From positions 1-49,001 of the forward strand of contig JBDHJS010000046.1 of assembly GCA_039586795.1 (NCBI GenBank): 49,001 bases of DNA, written 5' to 3'. This document shows positions 37,643 through 46,853 of the stretch, one piece after another. This DNA is from Gemmatimonadota bacterium (GTDB lineage Bacteria; Gemmatimonadota; Gemmatimonadetes; Palauibacterales; KS3-K002). The notes beneath the pieces are model-generated. The model was not told the DNA's origin, searched no databases, and saw nothing but the letters and a program-made list of their open reading frames with translations. Position 1 is the first letter of the stretch. Each line of letters opens with the position of its first letter. The translations under genes were made by a program, and so were the position numbers.

Positions 37643-39466
37643 TCATTCCGATTCGTCTGAAGACGAATCGGAGGCCGTTTCTTGCCCGCTCACGAGAGCG
37701 ACAAGTTTTTGCCCCGGACTCGGCACAGGCGGATTCTTGACGGTGAAGACCAGAAGTTTCCCGGTATCATCGATCAAGAATAGTGGAACCGCGTCAGGGT
37801 TACGATTCATGAACGATTGGAAATCGAATGCTTCCGTCAGGTTCGTCGTCTTGAATGTCGCGCCGGAATCGTAGCGGGAGGTCACGTACCAATAATTCGC
37901 CCGGGCATCGAACAGGAAGAGACCGCGCAGGCGTCGCGGCATCATTTCGTCGCCGTTCGTTTCCAGTCGCTCGGGCGGAAGCTGGAAGACGTCATCGTGA
38001 CCGAAAATCTCGCTATAGTTCACCGCCGTCAGCGAGTTCACCTCGTCGTTGGAGGTAAACGCTAGAAGTCGGCCGATACCCTCCAGGTCGATTTGATCCA
38101 GCGCACCCTCAGTGAGCGCGTTACCGTAGTGAACCGGAATACCTGCCATCCGCGCCGCGGACACGTTGCGGTAGTTCGAATCGACCATCCGCACGGCGAT
38201 TCCTTGGCGGCCGAGCTCGCCCGCAATCTCACGGGCCCAGGGGTGAGCCCCGACGATCAGGACGCCCTGCGGGTCGGGCTGGGCTAACCGCAGTAGTCGC
38301 GCTAGCGGCGAGGCGCCCAGGCCGTATATGGCGACCGTGCCGACGATCACCATGAAGGTGATCGATACGAACAAGTCCGCCTCCTCATAACCGGCATGGG
38401 CCAGCTCGAGGGCAAAGATGGACGCTACCGCCGCAGCCACGATTCCTCGCGGTGCAATGGAAGCGATGAGGGTGCGCTCACGCCAATTGAGGTCGGATGC
38501 GATAGTCGATAGCGCTACCGCTACAGGGCGCGCCACGAGGATCAATACGCCGAGAAACCCAAGCTCGCGGAGCCCGATGCTCGTCAGTTCCGTCAGCTTG
38601 AGACGCGCCGCTAGGAGGATGAACAAGCTCGAGATCAGCAGTACGCGAAGGTTCTCCTTGAACTCGATGATATGCTCAACGTCGACTCGACGCTGGTTGG
38701 CAAGGATCACGCCCATCAGTGTCGCCGTAAGCAGACCCGACTCTGGTTGTAGTAGGTTCGATCCGGCGAAAGCGGCAACAACGATCATCAACGCTAGTGG
38801 GCTCTGCAGGAAATCCGGCACCCAGCCCCGGTCCAGCAGAAGAACCAACAGGCCCGCACCAGCTGCCGACAACACTCCTCCGATGAGCAGCGTCTTCAAC
38901 AGCCCCAACAGCACAGCCGTCGTGGCGGCCTCCACGCTCACGGCAATCGCGGCCTCGAAGACAAGAACCGCTAACACCGCCCCGATGGGGTCGATGAGGA
39001 TGCCTTCCCATTTGAGCGTGTATCCCACCGCGTGAGTTGGACGAACGTGCCGCAACAATGGAACGATGACCGTCGGCCCCGTGACGACGAGGATCGCGCC
39101 GAGCAGCAAAGCGCCCTCCAACTCGAAGTCGAGAAGCAGGTACGCTGCCCCCGCGCCCACTACCCAAGTGACCAACGCCCCAATCGTCACCAGGTTGCGG
39201 ATCACCCCGCGGACTTGTCCTAGCTCCTTGAGGTGAAGGCTCGCACCACCCTCGAACAAAATGATCGCCACCGAGATCGACACGATCGGGAAGAGCAGGT
39301 CGCCAAAGATGGCATCGGGGTCGAGAAAGCCGGTGATTGGACCCGCGGCGAAGCCGACCAGCAGCAACACCAGGATCGACGGCAGGTGGACGCGCCACGA
39401 CAGCCATACGGCGGCGATTCCCAATGTGATGATGCTGGCCAACGCGACGAGTAGGTCCTCGGTCAC
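37643..39466 (-). CDS. CPA1 (NhaP-type) cation:proton antiporter with C-terminal TrkA-N/RCK-like domain
   Basis: VAIILFEGG, VVTGPTVI, LKWEGILIDPIG, PRGIVAAAVAS; cytoplasmic GVLIVGAHPWA...VDSN domain. Confidence 0.92.
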   Translation of the reverse strand: MTEDLLVALASIITLGIAAVWLSWRVHLPSILVLLLVGFAAGPITGFLDPDAIFGDLLFPIVSISVAIILFEGGASLHLKELGQVRGVIRNLVTIGALVTWVVGAGAAYLLLDFELEGALLLGAILVVTGPTVIVPLLRHVRPTHAVGYTLKWEGILIDPIGAVLAVLVFEAAIAVSVEAATTAVLLGLLKTLLIGGVLSAAGAGLLVLLLDRGWVPDFLQSPLALMIVVAAFAGSNLLQPESGLLTATLMGVILANQRRVDVEHIIEFKENLRVLLISSLFILLAARLKLTELTSIGLRELGFLGVLILVARPVAVALSTIASDLNWRERTLIASIAPRGIVAAAVASIFALELAHAGYEEADLFVSITFMVIVGTVAIYGLGASPLARLLRLAQPDPQGVLIVGAHPWAREIAGELGRQGIAVRMVDSNYRNVSAARMAGIPVHYGNALTEGALDQIDLEGIGRLLAFTSNDEVNSLTAVNYSEIFGHDDVFQLPPERLETNGDEMMPRRLRGLFLFDARANYWYVTSRYDSGATFKTTNLTEAFDFQSFMNRNPDAVPLFLIDDTGKLLVFTVKNPPVPSPGQKLVALVSGQETASDSSSDESE

Positions 39467-39679
39467 CGTCTATCTCCCGATTGGAATGGTCGTCTCAAAA
39501 CCCGAGTCATCATACCGGTCCGCCAGGCTGACCGGAAGGGTGCAACCCGGGCAGGGAAGTGGGTGGGCGGATACTGCCAATCTGGCGTACCCGAAGGGGG
39601 TGCCGGGGCGGCCTCATCGACGTGAGGCCTAACATTATTTATTGCAAAGATTTACGGGCATGCTCCTTGAGCACGCGGG

Positions 39680-39696
39680 CTGGCATACCGATTGCT
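39680..39696 (+). promoter_or_regulatory. Putative sigma54 (-24/-12) promoter upstream of hsp20
   Basis: CTGGCATACCGATTGCT, near consensus with GG-N10-GC; AT-rich IHF-like tract at 39630-39655. Confidence 0.7.
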
Positions 39697-39795
39697 TCTT
39701 GGGTGAACGACTGTTTAAAGGGCGTAGCGGACCTGGGCTCCTAGCAAAGTTCGGTGGGGGCCCAAAGCACTCAACACGATTCGGAGGAATAGATC

Positions 39796-40245
39796 ATGAC
39801 GAGCAATTGGCTAGTCGGGAGTCATCCAGTACGCGTACGTCGGGGATTCGATCGACTGTTCGAGGATGTGTGGGGCAGCTTCTTGGCCAACGATCGGCGT
39901 TCCGGTTCGCCGGCCAGTGTCCTGCCGGCGATGAACGTTTGGGAGGAAGGCGATACGTACCACGCGGAGCTGGAGGTCCCCGGGATGAAGCTCAATGAGC
40001 TGGAAATCACGGTGAAGGGTAACGAGCTTACGATCAAAGGTGAGCGTCAGGAGAAGGAAGAGAGCGAGGATGTCACGTTCTTGCGATATGAGCGTCACAG
40101 CCGAGCGATCAACGGGACCATCCGCTTGCCCGCGGAGATCAACATTGAGAAGGTGGAGGCGCGTCTGGAAGACGGGATTCTAAAGGTGAGGTTGCCGAAG
40201 GCAGAGAAGGCGAAGGCTCGTAGCGTTCAGATTCAGGCGAACTAG
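39796..40245 (+). CDS. Hsp20/alpha-crystallin small heat-shock protein
   Basis: FDRLFE, PAMNVWE, ELEVPG, LTIKGER, ARLEDGILKVRLPK, C-terminal VQI motif; SD GGAGG. Confidence 0.95.
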   Translation: MTSNWLVGSHPVRVRRGFDRLFEDVWGSFLANDRRSGSPASVLPAMNVWEEGDTYHAELEVPGMKLNELEITVKGNELTIKGERQEKEESEDVTFLRYERHSRAINGTIRLPAEINIEKVEARLEDGILKVRLPKAEKAKARSVQIQAN

Positions 40246-40273
40246 TCGTCCATAGCGAAAGCGAAGTAAGAGA

Positions 40274-40308
40274 GCCGGCGTCTTCTTCGGAAAACGCCGG
40301 CGCTTTTT
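40274..40308 (+). terminator. Rho-independent terminator after hsp20
   Basis: GCCGGCGTCTTC-TTCG-GAAAACGCCGGC followed by GCTTTTT. Confidence 0.8.
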
Positions 40309-40327
40309 CGTGACATAATGTTGGCCG

Positions 40328-41707
40328 CTAGAAGTAGAAGGCGGCCCTGGCGTGCCCGCCGTCGAAAGCGGGGCTCGAGGTGACATCCCCGTCGAGTTCG
40401 GCATTGAAGCCGAAGAAGATGAACGCGGTCTTTCCGAACGACCATCCCAGGTCCATGCGTAGACGGACATTCGTGGCATCGAGATCGGTGTTGGACGGCA
40501 TTCTGTCTTCACCAATGATCTCTCGTGCTGTGAAGTCGACTCCGATGGCGCCGCGAAAACCGCCAGTGGCCTGATAGACGAGATTGCTGCGTCCCGCCCA
40601 GGTTCGGTCTTCGTAATTGACGTTAGGCGCCACAGAGGTATCGGGTCGCACGCGATCCTCGACTCGCCAGATGTGGGCGAGCCATACTTCCGCTGAGAAC
40701 TTCTTGAAGTTGTGTATTCCGTAGGCGCCCAGTTGTGATGTTCTCTCGGTGAGGTCAAAGTCGTCTTCTGGCAAACCGAGTGATAGCGCCTCGCGGCCGA
40801 GGCGGGCCTGTACCCAGGTCGCGAAGCCGGCGATGGCGGTGGCCCGAGTGGGCTCCCACTCGACCAGGCCGCCGGTGTAGGCATAGCGCTCGTCCTGGGA
40901 GAACCCCTCTTCTGGAGCCGTCTGCCGCTCCACTGTGACGCTGGCCGGTGTCATTGCCAGCGCGTAGGCTTCGACTCGCCATTGCCGTCCGATTGGTATG
41001 TTGAGCGCCGCACGCAGCGTGAATGGATTGGACGTGTAATTGAAGGCGGTGTCAGCGATGCTTGGCGGAACACCGATTCCCTGGTAGATCGGATCGCTGA
41101 ACAGGTCGAGTGCGGCCACTGCGAGGGTCAGTTGGCTGGCGCCGGGAGCCAGGATGGCGCCGACTTCTATGTCAGATTCGGGCTTCTGAGTCTTCACCCA
41201 TCCGGTTAGGAAGGCCGATATGCGTCCCGACATGAAGCTCTTGCGAAACCCCGCGCGGAATACTGAGCGCTTTGCTTCCAAATCCTGTTGCAGATCGATG
41301 TTGATGGGGACCGACCAGGTCGAGCTGAGGGGTATCGAAGCCGCAAACTGCACGTGCTGCGCTAGCTGCACCTTGTTGATGCTGGCGCCCTTGTAGCGGA
41401 CACCCTGGCCTCGCTGATACCACTCGTACTCTTCAACAAGGGTGAAGGCGTAGGAGACTTGGTCGAGGGTGTATTCGGCGTCTTGCAGGCGATTGAACCG
41501 CTGGAGAATGCCGACGCTGCTGGATCGACCGAAGTAGGCGCCACCGCGGTCGAAAATGATCAACCGCAGCTGCTCATCCCACCCGAGTAGGGTGCCCCGG
41601 GCAACCTTGAGCGAGTCGGTTTGTGAGTGGGCGGCTGTTGGACTCCCAATCGCGCAAAGGCAGGCGCAGACCAGGAGCCCGCGCCAGGCCCAGGATCTGT
41701 ATGTCAT
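40328..41707 (-). CDS. Hypothetical outer-membrane beta-barrel protein
   Basis: Signal peptide; alternating amphipathic aromatic-rich strands; C-terminal ARAAFYF ending in Phe (BAM-type signal). Confidence 0.7.
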   Translation of the reverse strand: MTYRSWAWRGLLVCACLCAIGSPTAAHSQTDSLKVARGTLLGWDEQLRLIIFDRGGAYFGRSSSVGILQRFNRLQDAEYTLDQVSYAFTLVEEYEWYQRGQGVRYKGASINKVQLAQHVQFAASIPLSSTWSVPINIDLQQDLEAKRSVFRAGFRKSFMSGRISAFLTGWVKTQKPESDIEVGAILAPGASQLTLAVAALDLFSDPIYQGIGVPPSIADTAFNYTSNPFTLRAALNIPIGRQWRVEAYALAMTPASVTVERQTAPEEGFSQDERYAYTGGLVEWEPTRATAIAGFATWVQARLGREALSLGLPEDDFDLTERTSQLGAYGIHNFKKFSAEVWLAHIWRVEDRVRPDTSVAPNVNYEDRTWAGRSNLVYQATGGFRGAIGVDFTAREIIGEDRMPSNTDLDATNVRLRMDLGWSFGKTAFIFFGFNAELDGDVTSSPAFDGGHARAAFYF

Positions 41708-42192
41708 GCCGAGATGCTGTCAGCTTGCTGCAACGTGTCGGGCTGCTCCGCCGGCGCATCCTCGACGGGTGCGGGTATCTCTTCGGGCTCCGGCGTGTCG
41801 AACGTAGCTGGGCCGGGCGGCATATCCGGCTTCGCGACCCGAGCGATATCCGGATTCTGCATGAACGGTTGGTATCCGGGAACCTCGAGGGCCACGGTGT
41901 CGCCCTCCTCGACCAGCAGGTTGATCTCATCCACCCGCTTCTTGAAGGTGGCCAGTATGGCGCCGGCGTGTGTGGAGACGGTGAGCAACAGCCGGTCGTC
42001 CTCCGTTTGCTTTGCCGTCACCGGGCCTTCCAGCACCTCGTATTTGCCGCGCACGGCCTCCGGAAGCCGGCTGCCCAGCAGTGGTTGCACAACGAACGTC
42101 CCGATGACGCCTATCACCAGGCCGATTGCGAAGGCGATCAATATGCCGCGGCCCCCCTTCCGGCCACCCTCCGCGAACCCATTCTCTTGCAT
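41704..42192 (-). CDS. Hypothetical single-pass membrane protein
   Basis: One TM helix, short beta domain, acidic Pro-rich tail; ATGA overlap with the beta-barrel gene. Confidence 0.7.
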   Translation of the reverse strand: MQENGFAEGGRKGGRGILIAFAIGLVIGVIGTFVVQPLLGSRLPEAVRGKYEVLEGPVTAKQTEDDRLLLTVSTHAGAILATFKKRVDEINLLVEEGDTVALEVPGYQPFMQNPDIARVAKPDMPPGPATFDTPEPEEIPAPVEDAPAEQPDTLQQADSISA

Positions 42193-42306
42193 TGCCCTGT
42201 ACCTTGTCGTGGCGGCCTTATGGCCGTCTTTTCATCAGCCGATGGGCGGGGCTCGATGTTCTCGACACCTGACCCCGCCGCGAAGATAGGCCGATGAGGC
42301 GGTGGT

Positions 42307-45051
42307 GTGCTAGCTGCTGACGATTTCGCGCAAAAGACCAATTGGCACGAGCTGCCAGCCGAAGGTGTGCTGGCCGATCTCGCTACGACGACCGACGGAC
42401 TGAGCGAGTCCGAGGCCGCGCAGCGGTTGGAGCGCTATGGTCCCAACGCTCTGGAGATCGCCAAGCCGACATCCGCCTGGAAGATCCTCGTCGACCAGTT
42501 CAAGAGCCTCGTCGTTCTCCTGTTGATTGGTGCGGCGGCGCTGGCCGTCGTGATGGGCGATACGGCGGAGGCCGTCGCCATCGGTGCCGTCCTCCTGCTC
42601 AACACCGCCATCGGCTTCTGGACCGAATGGCGGGCACGCCTGGCGATGGACGCGTTGCGACGCCTTCAGGTCCAGGAAGCCGTAGTCCTGAGATCCGGCG
42701 AGGGTCGCGCGGTCGATTCGCGGGTGCTGGTTCCCGGAGACGTCGTGCTCCTCGAGGCCGGTGCCGCGGTCCCCGCCGACGCCCGAGTGATCGCCGCCAC
42801 AGAGTTGTCCGTCAATGAGGCGCCGCTGACGGGGGAATCGATGCCGGTGGCGAAGCGTGCGGACGCGATCACGGAGGAAGATGGCGGCGAGGTCCCGTTG
42901 GCGGAGCGAAGCTCGATGATCTACAAGGGCACGCTCATCGCCGCCGGATCGGGTCGTGCCGCGGTCGTCGCTACAGGCGTCGCGACGGAGATCGGCCACC
43001 TCAGCAAGCTGGTCGAGGAGACGGAAGCGGCGGAAACGCCGCTGGAGCGGCGCCTCGATGATCTGGGTCGGCGCCTCGTCTGGCTCACGCTGGGCGTTGC
43101 GGCGGTGGTGACGAGCCTCGGCGTGCTTCGCGGCGAGGAACTCCTGCTGATGCTCGAGACCGGGCTCGCCCTCGCCATCGCCGCCGTGCCCGAAGGTTTG
43201 CCGGTCGTTGCCACCATCGCGCTGGCTGTGGGCGTGCGTCGCATGGCCCGTCGCCGGGCGCTAGTGCGACGGCTGCCGGCGGTGGAGACGTTGGGCTCGG
43301 CTACGCTCATCTGCACAGACAAGACGGGAACGCTCACTGCCGGCGAGATGACGGTGACCTCCGTGTCGGTGGCGGGCGTCGATCTGAAAGTCAGCGGCGC
43401 TGGATACACACCGGTGGGCGAATTGTCACGGGACGGTCGCCCCGTCGATGTCTCGGAGATGGCGGGGCTCGAACTCGCGCTGCGTATCGGTGCGCTGGCC
43501 AACCGGGCGACCCTCAGACGAGAAGATGACGGCTGGCATGCTGTCGGTGACCCCACGGAAGCGGCGCTTCTCGTGTTGGCCGCCAAAGCGGGGCTCGACC
43601 GTAACGGTCTGAAAGCGAGCTACCCGGAAGTGGCCGAGGTTCCGTTCTCAAGCGAGCGGCAGCTCATGGCCACGTTCCACGAGACGCCCGAGGGTGGGAC
43701 GGTCGCCTACGTGAAGGGCGGTCCCCGGCGCATCGCGGAGGTCTCCACGCAGATGCTGACGCAGGACGGTGTCGTCGCGATGCCCGACGCGGAGCGCGAT
43801 GCCGTCCTCGATCACAACAGAGAACTGGCCGGCCGTGGACTACGCGTTCTGGCGTTCGCGTTCCGACAGCTCGAGCCACACGAAGAACCCGGGCCCGAGG
43901 CGGTGCGTGATCTGAAGTTTGTCGGCCTGGTCGGGATACAGGATCCGCCGGCCGAAGGGGTGAAGGAAACCATCTCTATCTTCCACGACGCTGGCGTCCG
44001 CACCGTGATGATTACGGGCGATCAAGCGGTCACAGCTGAAGCGGTCGCGCACGACCTGGGGCTGCTGCGGGATGGGGGGGGCACACTCCGCGGTCGTGAG
44101 CTAGCAGAGCTGACGGACGAGCAACTTGCGGAGCGGGTCTCGGAGATCGCCGCGTTCAGCCGCGTCACCCCGGAGGACAAGCTAAAGATCGTAAGGGCGT
44201 ATCAAGAAAGCGGTGAGATCGTAGGGATGTTGGGCGATGGAGTGAACGACGCGGCGGCGCTGAAGCGTGCCGACATCGGCGTGGCCATGGGCAAGCGTGG
44301 CACCGATGTCGCCAAGGAGACGGCCGACCTCGTTCTGCAGGACGATCGCTTCGAGACGATTGGCGCGGCGGTCGAGGACGGACGTGTCATCTTCGACAAC
44401 ATCCGGAAGTTCATCTTCTATCTATTCTCGTGTAACGTTTCCGAGGTACTGACGTTGCTCATCGCCGGGCTGGTGGGTATGCCTCTACCCCTGCTACCGC
44501 TACAGATTCTCTGGTTGAATCTGATTACCGATGTATTTCCCGCGCTCGCCCTGGCGATGGAACCGCCGGAACCGCGAGTGATGATGAGGCCGCCCCGCGA
44601 TCCAAAGAAAGCCATCCTGTCCCGGGCATTCGTGGCGACTGTGGGGACTTATTCGGCGTTGATTACGACGGCCACGCTCGGTGTGTTCGTTTTCGGCCTC
44701 TATGTCTGGGAGGTCGAGCTGGGTCATGCCGTCACCCTCGCGTTCATGACCCTCGCGCTTGCCCAGCTCTTCCACGTGGTGAACGCACGGAGCCCGGAAC
44801 GAATTCTGTTCACGCGTCGCATGGGTCGGAATCCGTGGGTGCTTGGTGCGCTGATACTGACCGTCGGTCTCCAAGTGGCCGCCGTGTACGTGCCTGTGCT
44901 TTCGGATGTCCTGCGCACGCATCCGCTGGTTTGGGCCGATTGGGGGCTGATCCTTGGCGCAGCCCTATTGCCTCTGGCCGTCGGGCAGCTGTTGAAGCCG
45001 CTGTCGATTTCCGAGACAAACGATCGAACGAGTCTTACGGCCGGGCCCTGA
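42307..45051 (+). CDS. P-type (P2A) cation-transporting ATPase, probably Ca2+
   Basis: LTGES, VPEGLP, DKTGTLT, MITGD, GDGVNDA, SCNVSE, WLNLITDVFPALAL. Confidence 0.95.
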   Translation: MLAADDFAQKTNWHELPAEGVLADLATTTDGLSESEAAQRLERYGPNALEIAKPTSAWKILVDQFKSLVVLLLIGAAALAVVMGDTAEAVAIGAVLLLNTAIGFWTEWRARLAMDALRRLQVQEAVVLRSGEGRAVDSRVLVPGDVVLLEAGAAVPADARVIAATELSVNEAPLTGESMPVAKRADAITEEDGGEVPLAERSSMIYKGTLIAAGSGRAAVVATGVATEIGHLSKLVEETEAAETPLERRLDDLGRRLVWLTLGVAAVVTSLGVLRGEELLLMLETGLALAIAAVPEGLPVVATIALAVGVRRMARRRALVRRLPAVETLGSATLICTDKTGTLTAGEMTVTSVSVAGVDLKVSGAGYTPVGELSRDGRPVDVSEMAGLELALRIGALANRATLRREDDGWHAVGDPTEAALLVLAAKAGLDRNGLKASYPEVAEVPFSSERQLMATFHETPEGGTVAYVKGGPRRIAEVSTQMLTQDGVVAMPDAERDAVLDHNRELAGRGLRVLAFAFRQLEPHEEPGPEAVRDLKFVGLVGIQDPPAEGVKETISIFHDAGVRTVMITGDQAVTAEAVAHDLGLLRDGGGTLRGRELAELTDEQLAERVSEIAAFSRVTPEDKLKIVRAYQESGEIVGMLGDGVNDAAALKRADIGVAMGKRGTDVAKETADLVLQDDRFETIGAAVEDGRVIFDNIRKFIFYLFSCNVSEVLTLLIAGLVGMPLPLLPLQILWLNLITDVFPALALAMEPPEPRVMMRPPRDPKKAILSRAFVATVGTYSALITTATLGVFVFGLYVWEVELGHAVTLAFMTLALAQLFHVVNARSPERILFTRRMGRNPWVLGALILTVGLQVAAVYVPVLSDVLRTHPLVWADWGLILGAALLPLAVGQLLKPLSISETNDRTSLTAGP

Positions 45052-45109
45052 AGGGGCTATGTTTCTGCCCTTGTGACGTGGTGGGCAGGCACGGGACCCG
45101 CGACCTGAC

Positions 45110-46162
45110 ATGCTCAGAGACCTCATTTACGGCTTCAGTCCGGCGGCCGCCTGGACCGCCTTCATCGTTTGCTTGCTGATCATCCTGTTCACCGGAGCGC
45201 GGCTCTCGCGCTATGCGGACCTCATCGCGGTGCGCACCGGGATCGGCGGTATGTGGATCGGTCTGGTGCTCGTGGCCACGGTCACGTCGTTTCCGGAGCT
45301 GGTCACGGGTCTGAGTGCGATTCTGGTGGTAGGCCAACCCGACCTGGCGGTTGGCGCGGCGCTGGGCAGTTGCATCTACAATCTCATCATTATCGCCATC
45401 CTCGACTTCCTTTACCGGCCGGGCTCGATCTACAGCGGCATACGTCACGGGCATAGTCTCTCTGCTGGCTTCGGGGTCATCCTGCTGGGTGCCGTGGCCA
45501 GCGCGATCTTCGTACAGAATCAATTCACCGCCATCGCCGTCGGACCCGTAGGCGTCTACGCTTTCGTGGCTCCGGTCATCTACGTCATTGCGATGCGGAG
45601 TGTCTTCATCTTCGAGCGTGATGCGGATAGCGTCGGCGAGTTGGCGGGCGCCGAAGAGGTGGCGCATGCAAAGGAGAGAGGGCTGAGCCGAGTGTTTGTG
45701 CTGTTCTTAATTAACTCGGCTGTCCTCATCACCGCAGCGATAGAGTTGCCGATCATTGGCGAGTCGCTGGCGCAGAACATGGGTTGGGAGGAGACGTTCG
45801 TCGGAACGATCTTCCTAGCGTTCGCCACCTCAGTGCCGGAGATCGTTATCTCCGTTCAAGCGGTGCGCATCGGCGCGGTCGATTTGGCGATCGGCGGCAT
45901 TTTCGGAAGTAATCTTTTCGACCTGCTCATCATCGCCGTCGAGGATGTTGCCTACACCCAGGGCCCGATCCTTGGCGCGGCGAGCGAACAGCATGTGCTC
46001 ACGGCGATCGCGGCGCTCACTATGACCGGTATCGCAATCGTCGGGCTCTGCTCACGACCACAGGCCCGCGTCTTCAAGTTGGTCGGGTGGGCCAGCCTCG
46101 GCTTGCTCGCCGTGGGGCTATTCAGCGCTTTGGTACTGTACTTGTTGGGGTCGGGAGGCTGA
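45110..46162 (+). CDS. CaCA family sodium:calcium antiporter
   Basis: Two alpha repeats: ATVTSFPEL...LGSCIYN and FATSVPEI...FGSNLFD. Confidence 0.92.
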   Translation: MLRDLIYGFSPAAAWTAFIVCLLIILFTGARLSRYADLIAVRTGIGGMWIGLVLVATVTSFPELVTGLSAILVVGQPDLAVGAALGSCIYNLIIIAILDFLYRPGSIYSGIRHGHSLSAGFGVILLGAVASAIFVQNQFTAIAVGPVGVYAFVAPVIYVIAMRSVFIFERDADSVGELAGAEEVAHAKERGLSRVFVLFLINSAVLITAAIELPIIGESLAQNMGWEETFVGTIFLAFATSVPEIVISVQAVRIGAVDLAIGGIFGSNLFDLLIIAVEDVAYTQGPILGAASEQHVLTAIAALTMTGIAIVGLCSRPQARVFKLVGWASLGLLAVGLFSALVLYLLGSGG

Positions 46163-46762
46163 TTAGCTTCCCCAATCCACACCCAGCCTGAACCCTATGC
46201 CGACTCGATCGCCGCCGACGTCGATCAACGAGAACGCGGGTCGGTCGGCGGACCACACGGACCTCCAGCCCCAACCGCCGGTGCCGATCGCCGACCCGAT
46301 TAAAGTCGTCACGGTGGTTGTCGCCAGGTAGGTGCCCACTTTCGCGCCGGACCCCGTGTCGCATTGCTCACCGCAGATCCCATAGACACCTGTGGTGAGC
46401 AGGATCCCGAAACCTGCTCCAATCAAAGCGCCGGCCCACGCATTGCCGACTCTGACCTCGATCTTGGAGACCTGTGAAAAGGCGAGCGGTCGGCCGAATC
46501 CCCGCGTACCACGGGGCGGACGCTTCTCGAACTGAGCGCGTCCGAAGCTCAGGCCGCCTGCGCTCAGCTCGGGAGCGTACAATTCCACCTCACCCCAGGG
46601 TGTCGTGACGCGGATGCGTTCCTCGCCGTTGACCTTCAACTGAAGCTCTTCGAAAGTCGGCGTGCCGGGTACGAGGGTATCGGGTGACACATCGTTTTGA
46701 GCTGTGGCTGGCGAGGTAGCGATTAGCAGCAGAAGAAGACCAATCAGTGGCCGGAGCAGCAT
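46163..46762 (-). CDS. Hypothetical exported/membrane protein with glycine-zipper-like helices
   Basis: Signal peptide MLLRPLIGLLLLLIATSPATAQ after GGAG; AWAGALIGAGFG, Cys pair, LIGSAIG. Confidence 0.7.
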   Translation of the reverse strand: MLLRPLIGLLLLLIATSPATAQNDVSPDTLVPGTPTFEELQLKVNGEERIRVTTPWGEVELYAPELSAGGLSFGRAQFEKRPPRGTRGFGRPLAFSQVSKIEVRVGNAWAGALIGAGFGILLTTGVYGICGEQCDTGSGAKVGTYLATTTVTTLIGSAIGTGGWGWRSVWSADRPAFSLIDVGGDRVGIGFRLGVDWGS

Positions 46763-46853
46763 TCCGATCTCCATCAGGTGTAGCGACAATATACTGCGCG
46801 GGCGCAAAACCGTGCCACCTGACCAGATTGCGGGTTGTTCGGCCAAGCGATCA

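Noticed and set aside
39664..39790. CIRCE half-site (AGCACTC) and HAIR half-site (CTTGAG) upstream of hsp20
   Set aside because: No matching second arms at the correct spacing
46802..46818. Sigma54-like TGGCACGGTTTTGC on the minus strand
   Set aside because: Spacing is GG-N9-GC, not the required N10; a TATATT -10 box nearby is a better explanation
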